This document shows, one piece after another, positions 40,950 to 58,553 of a stretch of DNA of 64,000 nucleotides (positions are counted from its first letter, which is position 1; each line of letters starts with the position of its first letter). This stretch comes from Eledone cirrhosa (Eukaryota), in the NCBI GenBank assembly GCA_964016885.1, contig OZ024745.1, positions 86,738,001-86,802,000 on the forward strand, read 5' to 3'. The position numbers and the translations under genes are program-made. The notes under the pieces were generated by a model. It was not told where the DNA came from. It made no database searches and saw nothing but the letters and a program-made list of their open reading frames with translations.

Positions 40950-43900
40950 GCCAAACTATATCACAGACCAATGTATATCACCAACCAAACTATATCACAG
41001 ACCAAACTATATTACAGACCCCACAATATCATAGACCAAACTATATCAGAGAACAAACTATATCACACACCCAACTATATCATAGACCAAACTATATCAC
41101 AGACCAATGTATATCACAGACGAAACTATATCACAGGTCAAACTATATGACACACCAAACTAAATCTCAGAAAACATATATCACAGACAACTATACAACA
41201 GATCAAACTATATCACAGACCAAACTATATCACACACCAAACTATATCATTTGTCAATCTATATCACACACTAAACTATACCATAGACCAAACTATATCA
41301 CAGACTAAACTATATCACAAACCAAACTATATCACAGGTTAGATTGTAGTACAGACCAAACTATATCACAGACCAAACTATATCAGAGACCAAAGTATAT
41401 CACACACTAAACTTTATCACAGAAAATCTATATCACAGACAAACTATGTCACAGACGAAACTATGTCATATGTCAAACTTTATCAAAGATCTAATTATAT
41501 CACAGGAAAAATTATATCACAGACGAAGCTATATCACAGACGAAACTATATCACAGACCAAACTATATGACAGACCAAACTATATCACAGGAACTGATAT
41601 GTCAGAACAAACTATATCACAGACCAAACTAAATCACAGACGAAACTATATCAGAGACAAAACTATATCACAGAACAAACTATATCACAGACCAATCTTT
41701 ATCACAAACCAAACCATATCACAGACAAAACTATATCACAGGCCAAACTATATCACAGACCAATGTATATCACCAACCAAACTATATCACAGACCAAACT
41801 ATATTACAGACCCCACAATATCATAGACCAAACTATATCAGAGACCAAACTATATCACACACCCAACTATATCATAGACCAAACTATATCACAGACCAAT
41901 GTATATCACAGACGAAACTATATCACAGGTCAAACTATATGACACACCAAACTAAATCTCAGAAAACATATATCACAGACAACTATACAACAGATCAAAC
42001 TATATCACAGACCAAACTATATCACACACCAAACTAAATCATTTGTCAATCTATATCACACACTAAACTATACCATAGACCAAACTATATCACAGCCCAA
42101 TCTATATCACAGACTAAACTATATCACAAACCAAACTATATCACAGGTTAGATTGTAGTACAGACCAAACTATATCACAGACCAAACTATATCAGAGACC
42201 AAAGTATATCACACACTAAACTTTATCACAGAAAATCTATATCACAGACAAACTATGTCACAGACGAAACTATGTCATATGTCAAACTTTATCAAAGATC
42301 TAATTATATCACAGGAAAAATTATATCACAGACGAAGCTATATCACAGACAAAACTATATCACAGACCAAACTATATGACAGACCAAACTATATCACAGG
42401 AACTGATATGTCAGAACAAACTATATCACAGACCAAACTAAATCACAGACGAAACTATATCAGAGACAAAACTATATCACAGAACAAACTATATCACAGA
42501 CCAATCTTTATCACAAACCAAACCATATCACAGACCAAATTATTTCAAAGACAACACTATATTACAGACAAAACTACATTACACACCAAACTATATCACA
42601 GACCAATCTTTATCACAAACCAAACCATATCACAGACCAAACTATATCATAGTCAAAACTATATCACAGACCAAACTATATCACGGGTCAAACTATATCA
42701 CAGAACAAACTATAACCCTGACCAAACTATATCACAGACTAAATTATATCACATATTAAACTATATCACAGGTCAATCTATATCACAGACCAATATATGT
42801 CACAGACTAAACTATATGACAGACCAAACTATATCAGACGCAAAACTACATGATAGACCAAACAATATCACAGGCCAAACTATAAAACAGACCAAACTAA
42901 ATCACAGACAAAACTATATCACAAAGGAAATCATATGTCAGACCAAACTATATCACTAATCCAAACTATATCACAGGCCAAACTATATCAAACGATATAA
43001 CAGACCAAACTCTATGACAGACCAAACTACATCACGGAACAAACTATAACACAGACCAACACTATAGTACAGAAGAAAGTAAATCACAACCGAAACTATA
43101 TCACAGACCAAACTATATCAGAGACCAAAGTATATCACACACTAAACTTTATCACAGAAAATCTATATCACAGACAAACTATGTCACAGACGAAACTATG
43201 TCATATGTCAAACTTTATCAAAGATCTAATTATATCACAGGAAAAATTATATCACAGACGAAGCTATATCACAGACAAAACTATATCACAGACCAAACTA
43301 TATGACAGACCAAACTATATCACAGGAACTGATATGTCAGAACAAACTATATCACAGACCAAACTAAATCACAGACGAAACTATATCAGAGACAAAACTA
43401 TATCACAGAACAAACTATATCACAGACCAATCTTTATCACAAACCAAACCATATCACAGACCAAATTATTTCAAAGACAACACTATATTACAGACGAAAC
43501 TACATTACACACCAAACTATATCACAGACCAATCTTTATCACAAACCAAACCATATCACAGACCAAACTATATCATAGTCAAAACTATATCACAGACCAA
43601 ACTATATCACGGGTCAAACTATATCACAGAACAAACTATAACCCTGACCAAACTATATCACAGACTAAATTATATCACATATTAAACTATATCACAGGTC
43701 AATCTATATCACAGACCAATATATGTCACAGACTAAACTATATGACAGACCAAACTATATCAGACGCAAAACTACATGATAGACCAAACAATATCACAGG
43801 CCAAACTATAAAACAGACCAAACTAAATCACAGACAAAACTATATCACAAAGGAAATCATATGTCAGACCAAACTATATCACTAATCCAAACTATATCAC

Positions 43901-44035
43901 AGGCCAAACTATATCAAACGATATAACAGACCAAACTCTATGACAGACCAAACTACATCACGGAACAAACTATAACACAGACCAACACTATAGTACAGAA
44001 GAAAGTAAATCACAACCGAAACTATATCACAGACC
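40950..44035 (+). repeat. Two overlapping tandem duplications (offsets ~809 bp and 926 bp)
   Basis: GGTTAGATTGTAGTACAG at 41337 and 42146; AACGATATAACAGACC at 42991 and 43917. The shared core (MSQTKLCHMSNFIKDLII translation) occurs three times, at 41446, 42255 and 43181. Confidence 0.92.
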
Positions 44036-47000
44036 AAAATATATCACAGGTCAAACTATAACACGGTACAAACTATATACCTGACCAAATTATATCACAG
44101 AATAAACTATATCAAAGACCAAACTATATCACAGACCAAACTATATGACAGACCATCTATATCACAGACCAAACTATATAACAGACCAAACTATATCATA
44201 GACAAAACTAATTCACAGGTCAAACAATATCACCCACAAAACTCTAACACAGACCAAACTATATCACAGACCAATTTTTATCACACACCAAACCATATCA
44301 CAGGCCAAATTATTTCAAAGACCAAATTATTTCTCAGACGAAACTACATTAAACAACAAACTATATCATAGTCGAAACTATATCAACAGACCAAACTATA
44401 TCACAGACCAAACTATATCACAGGACAAACTATATGACAGAACACATTATATGCCTGACCGATCTATATCACAGACTAAACGATATCGCAGATCAATCTA
44501 TATCACAGACCAATCTATTTCACCGACCAAACGATGTCATAGACCAAACTATATCACAGACCAAACTATATCACAGGTCAAACAATATCACAGACCAAAC
44601 TATATCACAAACCCAACTATATCACCGACCAAACTATATCACAGACCAATGTATATCACAGACAAAACTATATCACAGGTCAAACTATATGACACACCAG
44701 ACTATATCTCAGAAAAGCTATATCACAGACAAACTATATCACACACCAAACTATATCACAGACCAAACAATATAACACACCAAACTATATCACATGTCAA
44801 TCTATATCACACCCTAAACTATATCATAGACCAAACTATATCTCAGACCAAACTATATATCACAGACCGGACTATATCACAGGAGAAACAATATGACAGA
44901 CCAAACTATAGTACAGACGAAACTATATCTAAGTCGAGACTATATCGCAGAACAAACTATATCACAGGTCAAACTATATCACAGAACAAACTATATCTCT
45001 CTAAACAAATTATATCACAGAATAAACTATATCAAAGCCAAACTATATCACAGGCCACTCTATATTCCAGACCAAATTATATCAGAGAGGAAATTATATC
45101 TCAGGCTAAACTATATCACAGGTCAAACTATATCACAGACCAATCTATATCACAAAACAAATCTATATCACAGATCAAACTATATCACAGACCAAACTAT
45201 AAAACAGTCCAAAGTATATGATATACCAAACTATATCTCAGGTCAAACAATATCACAGGCCAAACTATATCACAGACCAAACTACATCTCAGACCAAACT
45301 ATATCACAGACCAAATTATAACACAGAATTAAACTACATCAGAGACCAATCTCTATCACAAACCAAACAATATCACAGACCAAATTATTTCACAGACCAA
45401 ACTATATCACAGACCAAATTATATCACAGGTCAGTGTATATCACAGACCAAACTATATCACAGGTCAAACAATATCATAGGTCAAACTATATCAGACATT
45501 AAACTATATCACAGAAAAACAATATCACAGCAAACTATATAACAGACCAAGCTATATCACATGTCAAACTTTATCACTGATCAAACTATATCACAGGACA
45601 AACTATATCACAGATGAAACTATATGACAGACCAAACTATATCACAGACCAAATTATATGACAGACCAAACTATATCACAGACCAAACTACATCACAGAG
45701 GAAATTATATCTAAGACCAAACTATATCACAGGTCAAACTATATCAGAGATCAAACTATATCACAGACCAAACTATATCACAGTACAAACTATATCACAG
45801 GTCAAACTCTATCCCAGACCAAACTAAATCACAGACCAAAGTATTTCACCCACCAAACCGTATCACAGACCAAAGAATATCACAGATCAATCTTTATCAC
45901 AAACCAAACCATATCACAGACCAAATTATTTCAAAGACCAATCTATATCACAGACGAAACTACATTACACACCAAACTATATCACATACAAAACTATATC
46001 GCAGTCCAAACTATATCATAGTCGAAACTATAGCACAAACCAAACTATATAACAGGTCAAACTATATCACAGAGGAAATTATATCTAAGACCAAACTATA
46101 TCACAGGTCAAACTTTATTACAGACCTATCTATATCACAGACCTAACTATATCCCTGACCAAACTATAACACAGACCAAACTATATCGCAGACCAAACTA
46201 TAAAACAGAGCAAACTATATGATATACCAAACTATAACTCAGGTCAAACAATATCACAGACCAAACTATATCACAGACCAAACTAAATCACAGACCAAAC
46301 TATATCACAGACCAAACTATATCATAGACAAAACCATCTCACAGACCAAACTATATCACAGACGGAACTACATTACACACGAAACTATATCACAGACCAA
46401 ACTATATCACAGACCAAACTATATCACAGACCAAACTATATCACAGAACAAACTATATCACAGGTCAAACTCTACCACACACAAAACTATATCACAGACC
46501 AATCTATATCACATGTAAAACTATATCATAGACCAAACTAAATCCCAGACAAATCTATATCACAGAGCCAACTATATCCCAGACCAAATTATATCACAGA
46601 GGAAATTATATCACAGTCCAAACTATATCACAGGTCAGAATATATCACAGACCAAACTATATCACAGACAAAACTATCTGACAGACCAAACTATATCACA
46701 GACCAATGTATATCACAGACGAAACAACATCACTGGTCAAACTATATCACACCAAACTACATCACAGACAAAACTATATCACAGAGGAAATTAAATCTCA
46801 GACCAAACCATATATCAGACCAAACTAAATCACAGACCAAACCATATCACAGACCAAACTATATCACAGACCAAACCATATCACAGACCAAACTATATCA
46901 CACACCAAACTATATAACACAGCAAACTATATCACAGAAAATACTCTATCACATACAAACTATAACACAGACCAAACTACATCACACACCAAACTATATT

Positions 47001-48299
47001 ACAGGTCAATCTATATCACGGACGAAACTATATCACGGGTCAAACTATATAATAGACAAACTATATCACAGACTAAACTATATCACAAATAAAACCATAT
47101 CACCCACCAAACTATATCACCCACCAAACTATAAAACAGACCAAACTATATGATATACCAAACCATATCACAGACCAAATTATTTCAAAGAACAAACTAT
47201 ATCACAGACAAAACAACATCACAGGTAAAACTATATGAAACACCAAAATATATCACAGGTCAAACTATATGTTAGACCAAACTATATCAAAGACATATCT
47301 ATATCACAGAGCAAACTATAACACAGACCAAACTATATGACATACCAAACTATATCACAGACCAATCTATATCACCGACCAAATTATATCATAGACCAAA
47401 CTATATCACATACAAAACTATATCACAGACCAAACTATATCAAAGACCAATCTATATCACAGAGCAAACTATATCACAGACCAAGCCATACGACATACCA
47501 AACTATAACACAAACCAAACTATATCACAGACCAAACTATATGACAGCCCAAACTATATCACAAATCAATCTATATCACCAACCAAACTATATCACAGAC
47601 CAAACTATATCACAGAGGAAATTAAATCTCAGACCAAACTATATCTCAGACCAAACTAAATCACAAACCAAACTATATCAGAGACCAAACTATATCACAC
47701 ACCAAACTATATCACAGAAAAACTATATCACATACAAACTATATCACAGACCAAAGTATATCACAGGTCTATCTATATCACACACTAAACTATATCACAG
47801 ACCAAACTATATCACAGGCCAAAGTATAAAACAGACCAAACTATATGATATACCAAACTATATCTCAGGTCAAACTATATCTCAGACCGAACTATATCAC
47901 AGACCAAATTATATCACAGAGGAAATTATATGTCAGACCAAACTATATCACAGACCAAACTATATCACAGAGCAAACTATATCACCGATCAAACTATATC
48001 ACAGTCCAAACTCTATCACAGAACAAACTACATCACAGAAGAAACTATATCACAGATCAAACTATAGTACAGACTAAACTAAATCACAGATGAAACTATA
48101 TCACAGACCAAAATATATGACAGACCAAACAATATCAGAGACCAAACTATATGACAGACCAAACTATATGACAGACCAAACTACATCACAGACAAATCTC
48201 TATCACAGACCAAACTACATCACATTATATCACAAACCAAAGTATAGTACAGAAGAAACTAAATCACAGACGAAACTATATCATAGACCAAACTATATC

Positions 48300-51200
48300 A
48301 CAGGTGAAACTATATCGCAGAAAACACTATATCCCTGACCAAATTATATCACAGACTAAACTATATCACAGGTCAATCTATATCACAGACCAATATATAT
48401 CACAGACCAAACTACATGCCAAACCAAAATATATCAAAGACCAAACTATATGACAGACCAAACTATGTGACAGACCAAACTATATCACAGACTAAACTAT
48501 ATCACAGACCAAACTATATCACATGGAAATTATATTTCAAAACAAACTATATTATAGGTCAAACTATATCACAGACCAATCTATATCACACACCAAACTA
48601 TATCACACACCAAACTATATCACAGATAAAACCATATCACAGGTCAAACTATATCACCCACCAAATTATAAAACAGACCAAACCATATGATATCCCAAAC
48701 TCTATCGCAGGTCAAACTATATCACAGACAGAACTATTTTACAGTCCAAACTATATCACAGACCAAACTATATAACGACCAAACTATATCACAGGAACCA
48801 CTATATCACAGACCAAACTATATCACAGACCAAAGTATATCAAACACAAAACTATATCACAGGTCAAACTATATGAGAGACCAAACTATATCGCAGAATA
48901 AACTATATCACAGACAAACTATATAACAGACCAAAAAATATCCAGACCAAAGTATATCACATACCAAACTATATCACATGTCAATCTATATCACAGACTA
49001 AACTATATCTCACACCAACTTATATCACAGAACCAACTATAACACAGACCACACTATATCACACAACAAATTATATGATAGACCAAACACTATCACAGAC
49101 CAATCTATATCACAGAGCAAAGTATATCACAAACCAAACTATATTACAGAGGAAATTATATCTCAGGCATAACTATATGAATGACCACACTAAATCACAG
49201 ACCAAACTATATCACACACCAAACTATATCACAGAGCAAACTATATCACAGACCAAACTATATCATAGGTCAATCCATATCACACACTAAACTATATCAC
49301 ACAAAACGTATATCACAGACAAACTATATCACCAACAAACTATAATACATGTCAAAATTTTATCACAGACGAAACTATATCACAGACGAAACTATATCAC
49401 AGACCAAACTATATCACAGACCAAACTATATCACAGACCAATCTATATCACAGACCACACAATATGCAAGACCAAACTATAAGGCAGACCAAACTATATC
49501 ACAGACCACACAATATGCAAGACCAAACTATAAGGCAGACCAAACTATATCACAGACCAAACTATATCACAGGGCAAACTATATCACAGACCAAACTATA
49601 TGACAGACCAAACTATATGACAGACCAAACTATATCACAAACCAAACTATAGTACAGACGAAACTATATCACAGACCCTTCTATATCACAGGTCAATCTA
49701 TATTACAGACCAATATATATCACAGACCAAACTATATGCCAAACCAAAATATATAAGAGACCAAACTATATGACAGACCAAACTATATGACAGACCAAAC
49801 TATATCACATACTAAACTATATCACAGACCAAACTATATCACATGGAAATTATATCTCAGGCATAACTATATCAAAGACCACACTAAATCACAGACCAAA
49901 CTATATCACGAACCAAACTATATCACAGGTCAGACTATATCACAGACCAAACTATATCACAGACCAAACTATAACACAGAACAAACTATATCACAGATCA
50001 ACTTTATCACAAACCAAACCATGTGACAGATCAAATTATTTCGAAGACCAAACTATATCACCGACGAAACTACATTACACACCAAACTAGATCACAGACC
50101 AAACTATATCACAGACCAAACTATATCACAGTCGAAACTATATCACAAATCAAATTATATCACAGGTCAAACTATATCACAAAACAAATTATATCCCTGA
50201 GAAAACTATATCAGAGACTAAATTATATCACAGACCAAACTGGTTGACAGACCAAACTATATTAGAGACCAAACTATATCACAGACCAAACTCTATCGCA
50301 GGTCAAACTATATCACAGACAAAACTATTTCACAGTCCAAACTATATCACAGACTAAACTATATCATAGACCAAAATATATCACATACCAAGCTATATAT
50401 CACAAACCAGACTATATCACAGACCAAACTATATCACAGACCAAATTATATCACATACCAAACTATATCTCACACCAAAATATTTCACAAAACCAACTAT
50501 AAAACAGACCACACTATATCACACACCAAATTATATTATAGAACAAACACTATCACAGACCATTCTATATCCCAGGGCAAAGTATATCACAAACCAAACT
50601 ATATCACAGAGGAAATTATATCTCAGGCATTACTATATCAAAAACCACACTAAATCAGAGACCAAACTATATCACACACCATATGACAGACAAAATTATT
50701 TCAAAGACCAAACTATATCACCGATGAAACTACATTACACACCAAACTATACCACAGACCAAACTATATCACAGACCAAACTATATCACAGTTGAAACTA
50801 TATCACAAACCAAACTATATCACAGGTCAAACTATATCACAGACCAAACTATATAATGACCAAACTATATCACAGGAACCACTATATCACAGACCAAACT
50901 ATATCACAGACCAAAGTATATCAAAGACAAAACTATATCACCGGTCAAACTATATGACAGACCAAACTATATCACAATATAAACTATATCACAGACAAAC
51001 TATATAACAGACCAAACTATATCACAGACCAAAGTATATCACATACCAAACTATATCACATGTCAATCTGTATCACAGACTAAACTATATCATACACCAA
51101 AATAGATCTCAGAACAAACTATATTTCACAGACCGGACTATATCACAGACCACACTATATCACACACCAAATTATATTATAGACCAAACATTATCACAGA

Positions 51201-54200
51201 CTAATCTATATCACAGAGCAAAGTATATCACAAACCAAACTATATCACAGAGGAAATTATATCTCAGGCATAACTATATCAAAGACCACAGTAATTCACA
51301 GACCAAACTATATCACACACCAAACTATATCACAGGTCAGACTATATCAGAGACCAAACTATATCATAGGTCAATCCATATCACACACTAATCTATATTA
51401 CACAAAATCTATATCAGAGATAAACTATATCACCAACAATTTATATAATACATGTCAAACTTTTATCACAGACAAACTATATCACAGACGAAACTATATC
51501 ACAGACCAAACTATATCACAGACCAATCTATATCACCGACCAAACAATATCCAAGACCAAACTATAAGGCTGAACAAACTATATCACAGACCAAACTATA
51601 TCACAGACCAAACTATATGACAGACCAAACTATATGACAGACCAAACTATATCACATACCAAACTATATCACAGGTCGAACTATATTGCAGAACACACTA
51701 TATCCCTGACCAAATTATATCACAGACTAAACTATATCACAGGTCAATCGATATGACAGACCAATATATATCACAGACCAAACTATATGACAGACCAAAT
51801 TATATCACAGACTAAACTATATCACAGACCAAACTATATCACATGGAAATTATATCTCAGGCATAACTATATCAAAGACCACACTAAATCACAGACCAAA
51901 CTATATCACACACCAAACTACATCACAGGTCAGACTATATCACAGACCAAACTATATCACAGACCAAACTATAACACAGAACAAACTATATCACAGATGA
52001 ATCTTTATCACAAACCAAACCATATGACATACCAAATTATTTCAAAGACCAAACTATATCACCGATGAAACTATATTACACACCAAACTATATCACAGAC
52101 CAAACTATATCACAAACCAAACTATATCACAATTCCAACTATATCACAGGACAAACTATATCCCTGAGCAAACTATATCACAGACTAAATTATATCACAG
52201 ACCAAACTGTTTGACAGGCCAAACTATATTACAGAGCAAACTATATGACAGACCAAACTATATCAAAGACCAAACTATAACACAGACCAAACTCTATCGC
52301 AGGTCAAACTATATCACAGACTAAACTATATCACAGACCAAACTATATCACATGGAAGTTATATCTCAGGCATAACTATATCAAAGACCATACTAAATCA
52401 CAGGCCAAACTATATCACACACCAAACTATATCACAGGTCAGACTATATCACAGACCAAACTATATCACAGACCAAACAATATCACAGAACAAACCATAT
52501 CACAGATCAATCTTTATCACAAACCAAACCATATGACACACCAAATTATTTCAAAGACCAAACTATATCACCGACGAAACTACATTACACACCAAACTAT
52601 ATCACAGACCAAACTATATCATAAACCAAACTATATCACAGGTCAAACTATATCACAGGACGAACTATATCCCTGAGCAAACTATATCACAGACTAAATG
52701 ATATCACAGACCAAACTGTTTGACAGTCCAAACTATATTACAGACCAAACTATATCACAGACCAAACTATATCAAAGACCAAACTATATCACAGACCAAA
52801 CTCTATCGCAGGTCAAACTACATCACAGACAAAACTATTTCACAGTCCAAACTATATCACAGGTCAAACTATATAACGACCAAACTATATCACAGGAACC
52901 ACTATATCACAGACCAAACTATATCACAGACCAAAGTATATCAAAGACAAAACTATATCACAGGTCAAACTATATAACAGACCAAACTATATGACAGACC
53001 AAAGTATATCACATACCAAACTATATCACATGTCAATCTATATCACAGACTAAACTATATCATAGACCAAAATATATCTCAGACCAAACTATATATCACA
53101 GACCGGAATATATCACAGACCAAACTATATCACAGACCAAATTATATCACAGACCAAACTATATCACAAGACAAACTATATCACAAACGAAACTTTATCT
53201 CACACCAAATTATATCACAGAACCAACTATAACACAGACCACACTATATCACACACCAAATTATATTATAGACCAAACATTATCACAGACCAATCTATAT
53301 TACAGAGCAAAGTATATCACAAACCAAACTATATCACAGAGGAAATTATATCTCAGGCATAACTATATCAAAGACCAAACTATATCATAGGTCAATCCAT
53401 ATCACACACTAATCTATATCACACAAAATCTATATCATAGACAAACTATATCACCAACAAACTATAATACATGTAAAACTTTTATCACAGACGAAACTAT
53501 ATCACAGATGAAACTATATCACAGACCAGACTATATCATAGACCAAACAATATCCAAGACCAAACTATAAGGCATACCAAACTATATCACAAACCAAACT
53601 ATATCACAGACCAAACTATATCACAAACCAAACTATAGTACAGACCAAACTAAATCACAGACAAAACTAAATCACGGACCCAACTATATCACAGGTCAAA
53701 CTATATTGCAGAACACACTATATGCCTGACCAAATTATATCACAGACTAAACTATATCACAGGTCAATCTATATCACAGACCAATATATATCACGGACCA
53801 AACTATATGCCAAACCAAAATATATCAGAAACCAAACTATATGACAGACCAAACTATATCACAGACAAACTATATCACAGACCAAACTATATCACATGGA
53901 AATTATATCTCAAAACAAACTATATCATAGGTCTAACTATATCACAGACCAATCTATATCACAGACCTAACTATATTCACAGCCGAAATTATATCACAGA
54001 CCAAACCATATCACACACCAAACTATATCACAGATAAAACCATATCACAGGTCAAACTATATCACCCACCAAACTATAAAACAGACCAAACTATATGATA
54101 TGCCAAACTATATCTTAGGTCAAACTATATCACAGACCAAAGAATATCACAGACCAAACTATATCACAGACCAAACTATAAGACAGAACAAATTATATGA

Positions 54201-55400
54201 CAGATCAATCTTTATCACAAACCAAACCATATGACATACCAAATTATTTCAAAAACCAAACTATATCACCAATGAAACTACATTACACACCAAACTATAT
54301 CACAGACCAAACTATATCACAGACCAAACAATATCACAGAACAAACTATATCCCTGAGCAAACTATATCATAGACTAAATTATAACACAGACCAAACTGT
54401 TTGACAGATCAAACTATATTACAGACCAAACTATATGACAGACCAAACAATATCAAAGACCAAACTATATCACAGACCAAACTCTATCGCAGGTCAAACT
54501 ATATCACAGACAAAACTATTTCAAACTATATCACAGACCAAACTATATAACATCCAAACTATATCACAGGAACCACTATATCACAGACGAAACTATATCA
54601 CAGACCAAAGTATATCAAAGACAAAACTATATCACAGGTCAAACGATATGAGAGACCAAACCATATCAAAGAATAAACTATATCACAGACAAACTATATC
54701 ACAGACCAAAGTATATCACATACCAAACTATATCACATGTCAATCTATATCACAGAGTAAACTATATAATATACCAAAATATATCTCAGACCAAACTATA
54801 TATCACAGACCGGACTATATCACAGACCGAACTATATCACAGACCAAATTATATCACAGACCAAACTATATCACAGGACAAACTATATCACAGACCAAAC
54901 TATATCTCACACCAAATTATATCACAGAACCAACTATAACACAGACCACACTATATCACACACCAAATTATATTATAGACCAAACATTATCACAAACCAA
55001 ACTATATCTCAGTCATAACTATATCAAAGACCACACTATATCACAGACCAATCTATATCACACACAAAACTATATCACAGGTCAGACTATATCTCAAACC
55101 AAACTATAACACAGAACGAACTATATCACAGATGAATCTTTATCACAAACCAAACCATATGACAGACCAAATTATTTCAAAGACCAAACTATATCACAGA
55201 ATAACCTATATCACAGACAAACTATATAACAGACCAATCTATATCACAGACCAAAGTATATCACATACCAAACTATATCACATGTCAATCTATATCACAG
55301 ACTAAACTATATCTCAGACGAAACTATATATCACAGACCGGACTATATGACAGACCAAACTATATCACAGACCAAATTATATCACAGTCCAAACTATATG
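48300..55400 (+). repeat. Domain of reshuffled, moderately diverged higher-order blocks
   Basis: Locally restricted markers TCTCAGGCAT(A/T)ACTAT (about 49160, 49855, 50620, 51262, 51855, 52364, 53351), AAACTGTTTGACAG and GCCAAACCAAAATATAT recur at irregular spacings. Confidence 0.7.
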
Positions 55401-55983
55401 ACAGACCAAACTATATAACAGGTCAAACTATATCACAGAACAAAAGCTATCACAGAGGAAATTATATCACAGATCTAAGTATATCCGAAGTCAAACTATA
55501 TCACAGAACAAACTATATCACAGACCAAACTATATCACAGACCAAACAATATCATAGACCAAACCATATCCCTGGTGGAACTATATCACAGACCAAACTA
55601 TATCACAAACCAAACTATATCACAAAGGAAATTATATGTCACACGAAACTATATCATAGACCAAACTAAATCACGGACCAAACTATATCACACACTAAAC
55701 TCTATCCCACACCTAAGTATATCACAGGTCAAATTATATCACAGACCAAACTATAACACAGATCAAACTATATCACAGACCAAACTATATTACAGAGGAA
55801 ATTATATCTCAGACCAAATTATATCACAGGCCAAACTATATCACAGACCAAACTATATCACAGGCCACTCTATATCACAGACCAAAATATTTCACAGAAT
55901 AAACTATAAGACAGACAAAACTATATCACAGACCAAACTATATCACAGTGAAAATTATATCTCAGACCAAACTATATCACAGG

Positions 55984-56298
55984 TATATAGTTTGGTATGT
56001 GATATAGTTTGGTCTGACATATAATTTCCTTTGTGATATAGTTTGGTCTGTGATATAGATTGGTCTATGATATTGTTTGATGTGAGATATAGTTTGGTAT
56101 ATCATATAGTTTGGTCTGTTTTATAGTTTTGTCTGTGATATTGTTTGGTCCGTAATATAGTTTGGTCAGTGATATAGATTGCTCTGTGATATAGTTTGGC
56201 CTGTGATATAGTTTGACCAGTGATATGGTTTGATCTGTGATATAGTTTGGTCTGTGACATAGTTAGGTCTGTCATATAGAGTGGTCTGTGATATAGTT
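55984..56298 (-). repeat. ~315-bp inverted satellite block (copy a)
   Basis: Monomers read GATATAGTTTGGTCTGT on +. The only minus-strand satellite-type ORF in the track (56102..56314) lies here. Confidence 0.96.
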
Positions 56299-58239
56299 GA
56301 CCAAACAATACCATAGACCAAACAATATCTCAGACCAAACTATATCACCGGTGAAACTATATCACAGACCAAACTCTATCGCAGATCAAACAGATCACAG
56401 ACTAAACTATATCACAGACCAAACTATATCACAGGTGAACTATATCACAGAGCAAACTATAGCACAGAACAAACTATATTATAAACCAAACTTGATCACA
56501 AACCAAACTATATCATAGACCAAACTATTTCACAGACCAATCTGCATCACAGACATAGCTACATTACACACCAAACTATATCACAGACCAAGCTATATTA
56601 CAGACCAAACGATAACACAGACGAAACTATATCACAGGTCAAACTATATCACAAAACAAACTATATCACAGACCAAAGTATTTCACACAACAAACTATAT
56701 CACAGACCAAAGAATATCACAGACCAAACTATATCACACACCAAACTATATCACATGACAAACTATATGACAGGTCAAAATATATCACAGACCAAACTAT
56801 ATGACAGGTCAAATTATATCACATATTAAACTATATCACAGACAAAGTATATATCACGGACCAAGCTATATCACATGTCAAAATTTATCACAGATCAAAC
56901 TATATCACAAGACAAACTATAACACAGATGAAAACTATATGACAGACCAAACTATATTACTGACCAAACTATATCACAGACCAAACTATATCACAGATCA
57001 AACCATATCACTGGTTGAACTATATCACAGGCCAAACTATATCACAGACCAATATATATCACAGACCAAACTATATCACAGACCAAACTATAAAACACAC
57101 CAAACTATATGATATACCAAACTATATCTCAGGTCAAACAATATCACAGACCAAACTATATCACAAAGGAAATTATATGTCAGACCAAACTATATCACAG
57201 ACCAAACTATATCACACACCAAACTCTATCCCAGACCAAACTATGTGACAGGACAAACTATATTACAGACCTAACTATATCAAATACAATATTAAATCAC
57301 AGACCAAACTATATCACAGAGCACACTATATCACAGGTCAGACTATATCACAGAACAAACTATATCACAGACCAAACTATATCGGAAACCAAAGTATATC
57401 ACTCACCAAACTATATCACAGGTCAAACTATATGACAGGTCAAACTATATCACAGAACAAGCTATATCACATGTCAAACTTTATCACAGATCAAACTATA
57501 TCACAGTACAAACTATATCACAGACGAAACTATACCACAGACCAAACTATATCACAGACTAAATTATATGACATACCAACCTATATCACAGACAAATCTA
57601 TATCACCGACCAAACTATATGTCAGAACAAACTATATCATGGACAAACCTATATGACAGACCAAACTATATCACAAACAAATCTATATTACCGGCCAAAC
57701 TATATTACACACCAAACTATATTAGACACCAAACTATATAACAGACCAAACTATATCACAGACCAAACTATATCACAGGTCAAACTATATCACAGACCAC
57801 ACCATATCACACACCACACTATATCACAGGTGAATCTATATCACAGACCAAACTATATCATAGACCAAACTATATCTCAGACCAAACTATATCACAGACC
57901 GGACTATATCACAGACCAAGCTTTATCACAGACCAAACTATATCATGGACCAAAATATATCTCCGACCAAACTATAGCACAAACGAAACAATATCACAGA
58001 CCAAACTATAGTACAGACGAAACTATATCTAAGACGAGACTATATCGCAGAATAAATTATATCACAGGTTAAATGATATCACAGAACAAACTATATCTCT
58101 AAACAAACTATATCACAGAGTAAACTATATCACAGACCAAAATATATTACTGAACAAACTATAAGACAGAACAAACTATATCACAGAGCAAACTATATCA
58201 GAGAGGAAATTATATCTCAGACCAAACTATATCAGAGGG

Positions 58240-58553
58240 AGATAGTTTGGTATGTGATATACTTTGGTCTGACATATAATTTCCTTTGTGATATAGTTGG
58301 GTTTGTGATATAGATTGGTCTGTGATGTTGCTTGAACCGATATATAGTTTGGTATATCATATAGTTTGGTCTGTTTTATAGTTTGGTCTGTGATATAGTT
58401 TGGTCTACGAGATAGTTTGGTTTGTGATATAGTTAGGTCTGTGATATAGTTTGACCAGTGATATGGTTTGATCTGTGATATAGTTTGGTCTGTGATATAG
58501 TTTAGTCTGTGATATAGTTAGGTCTGAGATATAGATTGGTATGTGATATAGTT
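58240..58553 (-). repeat. ~315-bp inverted satellite block (copy b)
   Basis: Same internal marker GGTCTGACATATAATTTCCTTTGTG and same right junction GATATAGTT|GACCAAACAATA as copy a. Confidence 0.96.
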
